Below, in pieces: positions 29,582-38,775 of a stretch of DNA of 64,000 bases. Below the pieces are notes generated by a model. The model was not told the origin of the DNA. It made no database searches and saw only the letters and a list, made by a program, of their open reading frames with translations. The stretch lies in NCBI GenBank assembly GCA_902589965.1, contig CACIUX010000005.1:7929-71928 (forward strand), written 5' to 3'. Source of the DNA: an uncultured SAR86 cluster bacterium (lineage in GTDB: Bacteria > Pseudomonadota > Gammaproteobacteria > Magnimaribacterales > AG-339-G14). Numbering within the stretch: the stretch's first letter is position 1; each line of letters opens with the position of its first letter. The position numbers and the translations under genes were made by a program.

Positions 29582-31639
29582 TTATTTATTTCTCGGATCG
29601 TTTGAAGCCCTAGTATCGCCGGCATGTTGCGTCTGATCTAAAACTGATTCTTCTTTTTCAACCTTTTTGGGTTCTTCAACTTTCTTAGGTCTGGATAATT
29701 TCACTGGTTTAGTAGTTTTTTTACTAGTTTCAGATTTTGATTCCTTTTTAGCTTCATTAACCTTACCTGCAGCCGCATCGGCTTGAAGTTTTGCCTTAGA
29801 GTCTTTTTTTGCAGCAGGTTTATTATCTTTTTTTGGTTTTGAAATTTTTTTCTTTGGCGCTTCATTTACTGAATCTTTTTTCGCGGTTGCCTTAGATTTA
29901 ACCTGTTCTCTTTTTTGGTTAGACGGTCTTCTCTTTTGATTAGAATTCCTTCTAGCATCTTGTTTAGGCTGATGTTTTTTATTTTGAGCTTTTCTGGGAT
30001 TTCGTTTTCTTATATTTTTTGGTTTTTTCTTTCCTTTAGGTTTATTACTTTTAAACAGATTCACCAATTTGGATATCAAACCAGTTTTGGGTCTAGAGGA
30101 TGGCATCAGATTAACAGCGGCTTTTTCCTCCTTCCTTGCAACAGGAGAACTGATTGAATCTCTCTCTAATTGTTCTTGTATGTGAGAACTTGTTTCTTCT
30201 TCAATTATTTCCCCATCTTTTAATCTAACAACTTCAAATCTTGTATCTGGACGAATAGGATCAGCTATAACAGTTACTTTTAAGTTAGCTCTTGCCTCGA
30301 TATCGTTAAGTCTTATTCTTCTCTCATTCAATAAAAGAGCAGACATTGATGGCGATACGATCGCTCTCACTTCTCCTGTATTTTCTTTACTACTTTCTTC
30401 TTCGATTAATCTTAATACAGCGGTTGAGAGGGTATTTATATCTTGAGTCCATCTTTCCTTCAAAGAAGACCTCAGTCTTTGTCTAGAAAGTTCAAGAAGA
30501 CCGAATCTTGAAATTCTGCCAATTTGTACTCTTGCTCTATCCGCTGAGAGAGAATTTCGCATTTCATCTTCCACTTTTCTTTTATTTTCAAGATTCATCA
30601 TGTCAATAAAATCAATAACTACCAGGCCGCCAATATCTCTGAGTCTTAACTGCCTGGATATTTCTCTCGCTGCTTCAAGATTAGTATGCGTAGCAGTTTC
30701 TTCAATATCTTTACCTGAAGTTGCTTTTGATGAATTTATGTCTATCGCAACTAGGGCTTCTGCATCGTCAATGACTATTGATCCACCTGACTCAAGTTTT
30801 ACTTCTCTTTGATAAGCAGTCTCTATTTGAGATTCAATTTGATATCGAGTGAAAAGAGGTAGACTGTTTTCATATCTTTTTATGATATTTGATTGTTCTG
30901 GCATAACTTTGTCTACAAACTCTATGGCTTGGTCATATGCTTCTTGAGTATCTATCCAAACTTCATCAACGTCTTCCCTAACATAATCTCGGAGAGATCT
31001 AATGATTACATCACTTTCTTTGTAAATTAAGAAAGGGCCATTTTTTTGAAGATTTGCTTCCAAAATTGCATCCCAGACTTTCAATAAATAATCTAAATCC
31101 CATTCTAATTCAGTTAATTCCTTTCCTTCCCCAGCAGTCCTTACAATTATCCCCATTTCTTCAGGAATGTTCAGAGCAGAAACTTTTTGTTTCAAAGTAT
31201 CTCTTTCAGAAGGGTTCAATCTTCTAGAGATGCCTTGAGCTTTTGGGTTGTTCGGCATTAAAACTAAAAATCTTCCCGCCAAACTGACAAAAGTAGTTAA
31301 CGCAGCACCTTTGTTCCCGCGTTCTTCTTTTTCAACTTGAACGATAATTTCTTGATTTTTAGATAGGCAATCAGTTATGGATAATCTCCCTTTTTTGTCT
31401 TTGGGATAAAATTGGGGTGCAACCTCCTTGAAAGGCAGAAAACCGTGTCTATCAGCACCAAAATTGATAAATGCAGCCCCTAAACTTGGTTCCACTCTGG
31501 TAACAATACCTTTGTAGATATTTCCCTTCCTTCTAACTTCATTTATATTTTCAATGTCTAAATCATAGAGAGAATCTCCTCTAGTCATCGCGACGCGAAG
31601 CTCTTCTGGTTGAGTAGCATTAATTAACATTCTTTTCAT
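29582..31639 (-). CDS. rne: Ribonuclease E (no Zn-link, short Lys-rich C-terminus)
   Basis: MKRMLINATQPEELRVA, DINS, IDFIDM, amphipathic GLISKLVNLF, terminal RASNDPR. Confidence 0.97.
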   Translation of the reverse strand: MKRMLINATQPEELRVAMTRGDSLYDLDIENINEVRRKGNIYKGIVTRVEPSLGAAFINFGADRHGFLPFKEVAPQFYPKDKKGRLSITDCLSKNQEIIVQVEKEERGNKGAALTTFVSLAGRFLVLMPNNPKAQGISRRLNPSERDTLKQKVSALNIPEEMGIIVRTAGEGKELTELEWDLDYLLKVWDAILEANLQKNGPFLIYKESDVIIRSLRDYVREDVDEVWIDTQEAYDQAIEFVDKVMPEQSNIIKRYENSLPLFTRYQIESQIETAYQREVKLESGGSIVIDDAEALVAIDINSSKATSGKDIEETATHTNLEAAREISRQLRLRDIGGLVVIDFIDMMNLENKRKVEDEMRNSLSADRARVQIGRISRFGLLELSRQRLRSSLKERWTQDINTLSTAVLRLIEEESSKENTGEVRAIVSPSMSALLLNERRIRLNDIEARANLKVTVIADPIRPDTRFEVVRLKDGEIIEEETSSHIQEQLERDSISSPVARKEEKAAVNLMPSSRPKTGLISKLVNLFKSNKPKGKKKPKNIRKRNPRKAQNKKHQPKQDARRNSNQKRRPSNQKREQVKSKATAKKDSVNEAPKKKISKPKKDNKPAAKKDSKAKLQADAAAGKVNEAKKESKSETSKKTTKPVKLSRPKKVEEPKKVEKEESVLDQTQHAGDTRASNDPRNK

Positions 31640-31880
31640 AAATACCTCGAAAAAAATGTTTTATAAGTAATTAAAAGTCAGTAAAGACTTCAAAAATGTG
31701 AGATTTTCAGGATTTACGCCTACTGACCTGAAAAAATATTAATTGTTCTTATAAAACTCTATTATTTAACATGCAAAAAATTCTTTATCTTTGAATAATT
31801 TATGTGTTTAGGAGATTAAAAATAAAGATAAAGAGCGAAATTGCTATGTTTTATCTCCTAAAAAAGAAGCTAAACTACCA
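31640..31880 (-). promoter_or_regulatory. rne promoter and structured 5' leader
   Basis: Extended -10 TGgTAGTTT (minus strand 31880-31872); inverted repeats 31807-31816/31853-31862, 31782-31792/31824-31834, 31704-31711/31727-31734. Confidence 0.6.
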
Positions 31881-31918
31881 CATTAATAGGATATTTAAAA
31901 ACAATTCCGCTTAAGATA

Positions 31919-32830
31919 TTGACAGAAAATAGCTATACAAAAGTTTCTATCGAAGAAATAGGCATAAATTCATCAAATCAAAGAGTAGATAATTTTTTGC
32001 TGGGAAAATTCAAAGATTTGCCTAAATCAAAAATTTATTCAATTATCAGAAAAGGAGAGGTCAGAATAAACGGCTCTAGAGTAAAACCTCATTTTAAACT
32101 TTCCTTAGGCGATAAAATAAGGATTCCCCCCTTATTTTTGGCTAAAAAATCTAATCTTAGTTCACCAGAAAAAGGGCTTATAGAGGAAATTAGGGGACAA
32201 GTAATTTATGAAGATGGAGAAATATTAGCTATTAACAAAAAGCATAATTTAGCCGTTCATGGGGGCTCAAGAGTAAGTATCGGATTAATTGAAATTGTAA
32301 GAAACTTTGGAAAGGATTATAGAGACGCTCAACTTGTTCACAGGTTAGACAAAGCAACATCCGGTTGCATCATAGTAGCCAAGAATAAACAAAGCACTCG
32401 TCTATACAATTCGTTTATCAGATCCAATCAAATAATTAAAAAATATCATTGCTTAATTCATGGCTCTTGGCCAGAGAAACTCGATAACATTAGACTGCCA
32501 TTGAAAGTTAAAAAGAACGAAAATTTAAAAAAGACCATCGTTTCTGAAGATGGAAAATATTCAGCAACAAACTTTAAATTGATTAAAACTAATCAACACT
32601 TTTCTTTACTAGAATGCAGCTTAGAGACAGGTAGAACTCATCAAATTAGAGTGCATACCAGTGCCAGTGGTTTTCCTATAGTAGGAGATTTAAAATATTC
32701 CTCAAAGACCTTAAACAGTGACATGGAGAAAAGAATGTATCTACATTGTTCAAGCTTGGAGATTTTAGAGAAGGATCTGAAAATCACTAGCAAAGTACCA
32801 AATTCTTTTTTTCAACCCTTTGAAGTTTGA
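31919..32830 (+). CDS. rluC: 23S rRNA pseudouridine synthase C
   Basis: S4 domain QRVDNFL..IRKGEVRIN, LVHRLD, TGRTHQIRVH; divergent from rne as usual. Confidence 0.95.
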   Translation: MTENSYTKVSIEEIGINSSNQRVDNFLLGKFKDLPKSKIYSIIRKGEVRINGSRVKPHFKLSLGDKIRIPPLFLAKKSNLSSPEKGLIEEIRGQVIYEDGEILAINKKHNLAVHGGSRVSIGLIEIVRNFGKDYRDAQLVHRLDKATSGCIIVAKNKQSTRLYNSFIRSNQIIKKYHCLIHGSWPEKLDNIRLPLKVKKNENLKKTIVSEDGKYSATNFKLIKTNQHFSLLECSLETGRTHQIRVHTSASGFPIVGDLKYSSKTLNSDMEKRMYLHCSSLEILEKDLKITSKVPNSFFQPFEV

Positions 32831-32870
32831 TGAGAAACGAAATTTCATCTAGAATCGCATTCTTTTAATT

Positions 32871-33080
32871 ATGGCAGTACAAAAAAGTAAAGTATCTAGA
32901 GCAAGAAGAGGAGCACGTAGGTCCCACAATGCTCTAAAAAACACAACCTTATCTACCGATCAGGTTTCAGGAGAACGTCATCAACGTCATGTCATGACTT
33001 CAGATGGTTTTTACAAAGGCAAGAAGGTAATGGAAGTAAAAATCAAGGAAGACACTGAAGAACAAAATACTCCAGAATAA
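32871..33080 (+). CDS. rpmF: 50S ribosomal protein L32
   Basis: [23 protein letters not shown]...DGFYKG. Confidence 0.97.
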   Translation: MAVQKSKVSRARRGARRSHNALKNTTLSTDQVSGERHQRHVMTSDGFYKGKKVMEVKIKEDTEEQNTPE

Positions 33081-33087
33081 TTAAGTT

Positions 33088-33822
33088 TTGAATTCTCAAT
33101 ATGTTTTTGTATCTGGTGCTTCGAGAGGCATTGGTCAAAGCATACTGAAGTTATTTTCTTCCAAAGGGTTTCCTGTGATTGGAACGGCTACATCAGAGGA
33201 AGGCGTTAATTTTATAGATGGAATCTTATCCGAATCATCTGGAGGAGGCTTTGGAATACAACTTGATCTATCTGATAAGCAATCAATTGAAAATTTGTTT
33301 GATACTTTGAAGGAGAAAGACATCAATCCAGAGATTATCGTTAATAATGCCGGTATAACAAGAGATAATATTTTTCTGAGGATGAAAGATACAGAGTGGG
33401 ATGAGGTAATTCAGGTTCATCTTAGTTCTGTTTTTTCTTTACTGAAGTTTTTTTCCAAAAAAATGGTGAAAAATAAATCCGGAAGAATTATTAATATCTC
33501 TTCTACTTCGGCAGCTATTGGAAATAAGGGACAAGCTAATTACGCAGCCGCAAAATCAGGTTTAGAAGCATTTTCAAGGTCTTTAGCCAGGGAACTGGCA
33601 CCAAGGAATATAACTGTTAATTGCGTTGCACCAGGTTTCATAGAGACAGATATGATCAAAGGCATGGATGAAGATACTTTAAAGTTTATGTCAGACCAAA
33701 TTCCTCTGGGCAGGCTTGGTTCTCCCGAAGATGTAGCTGATTTAATATATTTTCTATCTTCAGAAGAAGCTAATTACATTACTGGTCAGACCATTCATAT
33801 AAATGGTGGACTTTATATGTAG
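33088..33822 (+). CDS. fabG: 3-oxoacyl-ACP reductase
   Basis: [36 protein letters not shown]. Confidence 0.96.
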   Translation: MNSQYVFVSGASRGIGQSILKLFSSKGFPVIGTATSEEGVNFIDGILSESSGGGFGIQLDLSDKQSIENLFDTLKEKDINPEIIVNNAGITRDNIFLRMKDTEWDEVIQVHLSSVFSLLKFFSKKMVKNKSGRIINISSTSAAIGNKGQANYAAAKSGLEAFSRSLARELAPRNITVNCVAPGFIETDMIKGMDEDTLKFMSDQIPLGRLGSPEDVADLIYFLSSEEANYITGQTIHINGGLYM

Positions 33823-33898
33823 GTTATGCAAAAAAAAATTAAAAAACTTATCTTCTAGGTATATAATTCGACAACTTTTTAACCTTAACGAGGTATTT

Positions 33899-34132
33899 AT
33901 GAGCAGCACACAAGAAAGAGTACAGAGAATTGTTTGCGAACAATTAGGCGTAAGTGAAGAAGAAGTTACTACAACAGCTTCGTTTATAGACGATTTGGGA
34001 GCAGACTCACTTGATACTGTTGAACTTGTAATGGCTTTTGAAGAGGAATTTGAAATTGAGATTCCTGATGAAGAAGCTGAGAAAATAGCAACTGTTCAAG
34101 ATGCTATCAGTTACATAGAATCTGCATCTTAA
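33899..34132 (+). CDS. acpP: Acyl carrier protein (true start ATG 33899)
   Basis: [14 protein letters not shown]; GAGGT SD before ATG 33899; TATAAT at 33862-33867. Confidence 0.97.
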   Translation: MSSTQERVQRIVCEQLGVSEEEVTTTASFIDDLGADSLDTVELVMAFEEEFEIEIPDEEAEKIATVQDAISYIESAS

Positions 34133-34150
34133 TTCCATTCACATACACTC

Positions 34151-35395
34151 ATGGCCGCATCTCGTAGAGTTGTAGTTACAGGCATGGGTATCATTTCCCC
34201 GTTGGGAAATGAATTAGAGACAACTTGGCAAAATATTTTAGCCGGTAAAAGCGGCGCTAAGACTGTTACTGCATTCGATGTAACAGAATATCCAACTAAA
34301 TTTGCTGCTCCAGTAGAAAACTTTGATGATGTAAATCATCTGGATGTAAAGACTAAACGAAGAGTTGATAAATTTGTTCAATATGGACTGGTTGCTTCCA
34401 AACATGCAATTGAAAATTCTGGCTTGGAGCTAAATTCCATCGATTCTTCGAGAATAGGAGTTTCGATAGGATCCGGCATCGGTGGTTTAGATACCATTGA
34501 AAAAAATGCTCTGACTTTAGATAAGAGAGGTCCTAGAAAGATTTCACCATTTTTTGTTCCAGGAGCAATCGTAAACATGGTTTCTGGCTTAGTCTCAATC
34601 GAATACGGATTGCATGGCCCTAATTTATCGATTGTTACAGCTTGTTCCAGTGGAAATCACAGCATAGGATTTTCAGCAAGGTCTATTTCACACGGTGATT
34701 GCGATGTTATGATCACCGGTGGATCAGAGATGGCTATCACCCCTCTAGGTTTGGGAGGGTTTTCTGCAGTAACAGCCTTATCTACTAACAATGAAAATCC
34801 TACCAAAGCTAGCAGACCCTGGGATAAAGATAGAGATGGTTTTGTTTTAGGCGATGGAGCTGGTGTTTTAGTATTGGAAGAATATGAGCATGCTAAAGCA
34901 AGATCTGCAAATATCTATGCAGAAGTGTCAGGATTTGGAATGAGTTCTGATGCTTTTCATATGACAGCGCCTGCTGAAGACGGGAAGGGCGCCAAACAGG
35001 CAATGATCTCCGCATTAAAGGATGCAGATCTAGATAGCTCTAAAATTGACTATATAAATGCTCATGGAACATCTACTCCTTTAGGAGATATCATAGAAGC
35101 AAACGCGATAGCTGAAATTTTTTCTACTTCTCAAGAACAAATTGCTGTTTCATCTACAAAGTCCATGACTGGTCATCTATTAGGGGCAGCAGGTGCAATA
35201 GAATCAATTTTTTCTATTCTAAGTCTTAGAGATAATCGTCTCCCTCCAACCATAAATCTTGATAATCTTGACGCAGATGCTCCAAAACTTAACTATGTTG
35301 CTAATGAATCTCAAGAAAAAGAAATTAACTACGTCCTAAATAATTCATTTGGTTTTGGCGGAACGAACGCATCTTTGGTGTTCTCAAAAATCTAG
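34151..35395 (+). CDS. fabF: Beta-ketoacyl-ACP synthase II
   Basis: RRVVVTG.G, TACSS, NAHGTSTP.GD, GHLLGAAG, NSFGFGGTN. Confidence 0.97.
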   Translation: MAASRRVVVTGMGIISPLGNELETTWQNILAGKSGAKTVTAFDVTEYPTKFAAPVENFDDVNHLDVKTKRRVDKFVQYGLVASKHAIENSGLELNSIDSSRIGVSIGSGIGGLDTIEKNALTLDKRGPRKISPFFVPGAIVNMVSGLVSIEYGLHGPNLSIVTACSSGNHSIGFSARSISHGDCDVMITGGSEMAITPLGLGGFSAVTALSTNNENPTKASRPWDKDRDGFVLGDGAGVLVLEEYEHAKARSANIYAEVSGFGMSSDAFHMTAPAEDGKGAKQAMISALKDADLDSSKIDYINAHGTSTPLGDIIEANAIAEIFSTSQEQIAVSSTKSMTGHLLGAAGAIESIFSILSLRDNRLPPTINLDNLDADAPKLNYVANESQEKEINYVLNNSFGFGGTNASLVFSKI

Positions 35396-36325
35396 GTGAT
35401 AAGACTTTTACTTACAGTTAGCTTTATAAATATATTATTCAGCGTATTTTTATTAATAAAACCGTCTGAAATCAAAGAAGATTTAATTTTTGAAATTAAA
35501 AAAGGAGATTCTTACCTAAAGATTATTGAAAACCTAGAAAACATAGATATAACCATTCCCTCATTTGTTACGGTTATCCTTCAATACACTTCTTTGGACA
35601 AAAATATCACTTACGGAGATTATTTGATAAGAAAACATGAGAATCTTATCTCTGTTTTAACAAAAATAATTTCATCAGATACCCATTTTAGAAAGTATAG
35701 AATCCCCGAAGGTTCCACTATTAGTTCAATACTGGATAGATCGAACGTACCAGTTTCTTTAAAGATCAATGGAATTAAATTCGACAAAACAAACATCCAT
35801 GCTCTTGAGGGGAGATTCCATCCAAATACCTACTATTATTCAAGCGTTGAAGATAGTGAAGATGTCTTTTTAGAAGCAATCCTTACTCAAGACAGTCTTT
35901 TAGAAAAATACTGGAATTCAAGAACTCCTTACGTATCTTTACAAGAACCTCAGGAACTTTTAGTTCTAGCATCTTTATTAGAAAAAGAGGCATGTCCTAA
36001 TGAACATAAAAAAGTTGCAGGCGTTATTTATAACAGGCTGCGTTTAAATATGCCTCTGCAAATTGATTCTTCGGTAATTTATGGCATTGAGGACTTTGAT
36101 GGAGATATTAAAAAGCATCATTTGAGGAAAGATACCCCTTTCAATACATATACAAATAAAGGATTACCTCCCATGCCGATATCAAATCCATCTGAATCAG
36201 CCATAAGAGCGGCATCAAATCCCGATATACATAGCTTTCTATATTTTGTTGCGAAAGATAGATGTGCTCATCATTTTTCTGAAACATACGATGAGCACAA
36301 AGAAGCTATAAAAAAATATCAATAG
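35396..36325 (+). CDS. mltG: Endolytic transglycosylase MltG (YceG)
   Basis: IPEG, LEG.F.P.TY, ASLLEKE, NRL...MPLQ.D, TPFNTY...GLPP.PI. Confidence 0.94.
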   Translation: MIRLLLTVSFINILFSVFLLIKPSEIKEDLIFEIKKGDSYLKIIENLENIDITIPSFVTVILQYTSLDKNITYGDYLIRKHENLISVLTKIISSDTHFRKYRIPEGSTISSILDRSNVPVSLKINGIKFDKTNIHALEGRFHPNTYYYSSVEDSEDVFLEAILTQDSLLEKYWNSRTPYVSLQEPQELLVLASLLEKEACPNEHKKVAGVIYNRLRLNMPLQIDSSVIYGIEDFDGDIKKHHLRKDTPFNTYTNKGLPPMPISNPSESAIRAASNPDIHSFLYFVAKDRCAHHFSETYDEHKEAIKKYQ

Positions 36326-36356
36326 AATAATCTTTTAGTTTGATAAACTTCACTGA

Positions 36357-36950
36357 ATGTTTATTAGCGTAGAGGGTATTGAAGGATGTGGAAAATCAAC
36401 TCTAGTAAATGGTTTAGGTCAGTACCTTCAAGAAAGAAATATTGACTATGTAATCACTAAGGAGCCAGGCAGTACCTCAATAGGGAAAATCCTTCGCTCA
36501 ATTCTTCTAGATAAAAAGCAACAAATTAGTCCTTTAACAGAACTTTTATTAATGTTCTCTGATAGATTGGATCATCTAGATAAAGTGATAAAGCCATCTC
36601 TAGAAGAAGGAAAAATTGTCATTACAGATCGCTATATTGATTCAACTTATGCCTACCAAGGCGCTGGCAGAGGTATCCCCAAAAATATTATTGATAATTT
36701 AGTCAGCCAAACAGAAATAATGTTACCTGACAGAACTATTCTGTTAGATCTTAGCCCGGAAGTAGGTTTGAAAAGAGCCTCCACAAGAAATGAACTTGAT
36801 AGATTTGAGTCAGAGAATATAGAGTTCCATGAAAGGTTAAGGAAAAGTTTCTTAGGTGCGGCAGGCGATAATCCTGAAAGGTTCATAACCGTAGACGCTG
36901 AACAAGAGCCTGACAAAATTCTTCTATCAGTTATCAATAAACTTTTTTGA
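36357..36950 (+). CDS. tmk: Thymidylate kinase
   Basis: EGIEGCGKST, DRY.DST.AYQG.GR, DRFE. Confidence 0.97.
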   Translation: MFISVEGIEGCGKSTLVNGLGQYLQERNIDYVITKEPGSTSIGKILRSILLDKKQQISPLTELLLMFSDRLDHLDKVIKPSLEEGKIVITDRYIDSTYAYQGAGRGIPKNIIDNLVSQTEIMLPDRTILLDLSPEVGLKRASTRNELDRFESENIEFHERLRKSFLGAAGDNPERFITVDAEQEPDKILLSVINKLF

Positions 36951-36951
36951 A

Positions 36952-37842
36952 ATGACTAAGGATTTAGAGAATCTGATTAATTTAATTTTTATGAGCAGCG
37001 CTTCCTCTTTGCTTCTGTCGGGAAATTCAATATCACAACCTGAAAAAATTGCATTGCACGTAGCTCAATCTTTTTTGTGTAAAGATATCAAAAAAAATAA
37101 TTCGTTCTGCAATGATTGTCATTCATGTAATCTATTTTTTGCCAATTCTCATCCCGATATTAAAGTAATTGAGCGTTCAAAAGACAGAACTCAAATTCAA
37201 ATTAAACAGATTAGAGATGCATCAGATTTTATATATTCGACTCCATTAATTGCCGATAAAAAAATTGTATTAATCCTTAGAGCTGATGAGTTGAATTTTT
37301 TTGCGCAAGACACTTTATTAAAGTCATTAGAAGAGCCGCCAGAAAATTTGAAGTTTATTTTAACCACTTCTTTACCTTACAGACTTAAGCCAACAGTTTT
37401 AAGCAGATTAACGCACTATAAACTTAATCCTGAAACGCATAGTCTGAATTCTGATTTAAATAATGATGGATCTAGCGACATCAATAAAAATGATTACCCA
37501 GAAGAATGCTGGAATAAAGAAGAAAAAGTCATGAGATTGTTTGATGATTTGGTCTCATTAAAAGGGAGGGAGATAATCAACTACTTAATCAAAGATAAAG
37601 ATAAAGATAACTTGCTGATAAAGCTTAATTGGTTATCAAAAATAATTGAAGAAAGTATTCTCATTCATTTCACAGAAACTTTAAGTGAAACTCCATTTGC
37701 TCAAATTTCCAAAGAAGTTAAAAATACTTTAGATGCAGATACATTGATCTATCTTTACGATGAAATTTTGCCTGTGATAAATTCCTTACAGTCAAATGAA
37801 AACCTTAACTATGATTTTCAAACTGCTGCAATTAGCTACTGA
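36952..37842 (+). CDS. holB: DNA polymerase III delta-prime subunit
   Basis: C..C.SC...HPD, LLKSLEEPP, TVLSR; follows tmk. Confidence 0.9.
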   Translation: MTKDLENLINLIFMSSASSLLLSGNSISQPEKIALHVAQSFLCKDIKKNNSFCNDCHSCNLFFANSHPDIKVIERSKDRTQIQIKQIRDASDFIYSTPLIADKKIVLILRADELNFFAQDTLLKSLEEPPENLKFILTTSLPYRLKPTVLSRLTHYKLNPETHSLNSDLNNDGSSDINKNDYPEECWNKEEKVMRLFDDLVSLKGREIINYLIKDKDKDNLLIKLNWLSKIIEESILIHFTETLSETPFAQISKEVKNTLDADTLIYLYDEILPVINSLQSNENLNYDFQTAAISY

Positions 37843-38518
37843 TTTTTTTAAGAATTAATTGGTAAATTGAATACACAGGGAAAGCTACTAGAATCATTTG
37901 TAAGTAGATAGTGATGCAATTACCGATAAAACTTAAAACGACTGACATTTCATCTTGAGACGATATTCCTAAAACTGCATAAAGAATCAAAACAAAAGAA
38001 ATTGTTACAAGAGTTAATAAAACTCCTGCGTTGAATAAAGACCAGTGTACTTCTCTCGATTCATTCCATAAATTGTCTAAAGAACCTAAGATAGTGTTTC
38101 CTTCCAAGACTAAGTAATAGACTGAGTAAGTGAATCTAAATTGAATATAAAGACCAGGAACAATAAATAAAACTAAACCTATGATTGTCATAATTCCAAT
38201 GATCACTTGAAGAATAAAAATCTTTAAAGCTAGTTGGGCTGCAACTATCACATAACCGATGAGTTTATTTAGAGATCCATTTCTTAAATCTCTACCTATT
38301 AAGATTGCCATGCCGGTGTACAGAGGAGTCAAGAAAATAACCTGAAAAACTAGAATCAATGCGGCAACAACAAAGTAATCTTCTCCTAAAGAGAATAAAT
38401 AATCTGCCGCAGTAGAAAAAAGGCCAATAAATAGGATTGGAAATAAAAATATCTTAGAAAAAGCTAAAAAATTATTAAAATATAATGTGAAGCCTGATGT
38501 GATAGCGTTTAAAATCAT
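37832..38518 (-). CDS. Hypothetical multi-TM membrane protein (YciC-like)
   Basis: 5-6 hydrophobic segments, GLVLFIVPGLY motif. Confidence 0.7.
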   Translation of the reverse strand: MILNAITSGFTLYFNNFLAFSKIFLFPILFIGLFSTAADYLFSLGEDYFVVAALILVFQVIFLTPLYTGMAILIGRDLRNGSLNKLIGYVIVAAQLALKIFILQVIIGIMTIIGLVLFIVPGLYIQFRFTYSVYYLVLEGNTILGSLDNLWNESREVHWSLFNAGVLLTLVTISFVLILYAVLGISSQDEMSVVLSFIGNCITIYLQMILVAFPVYSIYQLILKKISS

Positions 38519-38542
38519 ATAAAAATAAATGTAGGAGACATT

Positions 38543-38773
38543 ATGATAGAAATTTGGTCAAAACCACAATGCCCATTCTGCGATGCAGCCGTTCAAATTT
38601 GTGAAACAAAGGATTTAGAATTTAAAAAATACATGCTTGATGAAGATTTCAATCGAGAAGAATTCACAGAAAAATTTCCAAACGCCAGAACCTTTCCTCA
38701 AATTATTGTAGATGGAGAGTTAGTTGGCGGCTATCAAGAATTTAATCAATACGTCCAGACTAAATCTATTTAG
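38543..38773 (+). CDS. Dithiol glutaredoxin
   Basis: CPFC, RTFPQI, VGGY; AGGAG SD. Confidence 0.93.
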   Translation: MIEIWSKPQCPFCDAAVQICETKDLEFKKYMLDEDFNREEFTEKFPNARTFPQIIVDGELVGGYQEFNQYVQTKSI

Positions 38774-38775
38774 CA

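Noticed and set aside
29582-30060. Lys-rich low-complexity region as a repeat element or separate gene
   Set aside because: It is the disordered C-terminal scaffold of RNase E.
32871-33080. Cys-free L32 as further evidence of zinc sparing
   Set aside because: The Zn-free form of L32 is normal in Gammaproteobacteria.
33803-33898. N-terminal extension of ACP in the ORF track
   Set aside because: A promoter and SD precede ATG 33899, and ACP homology starts there.
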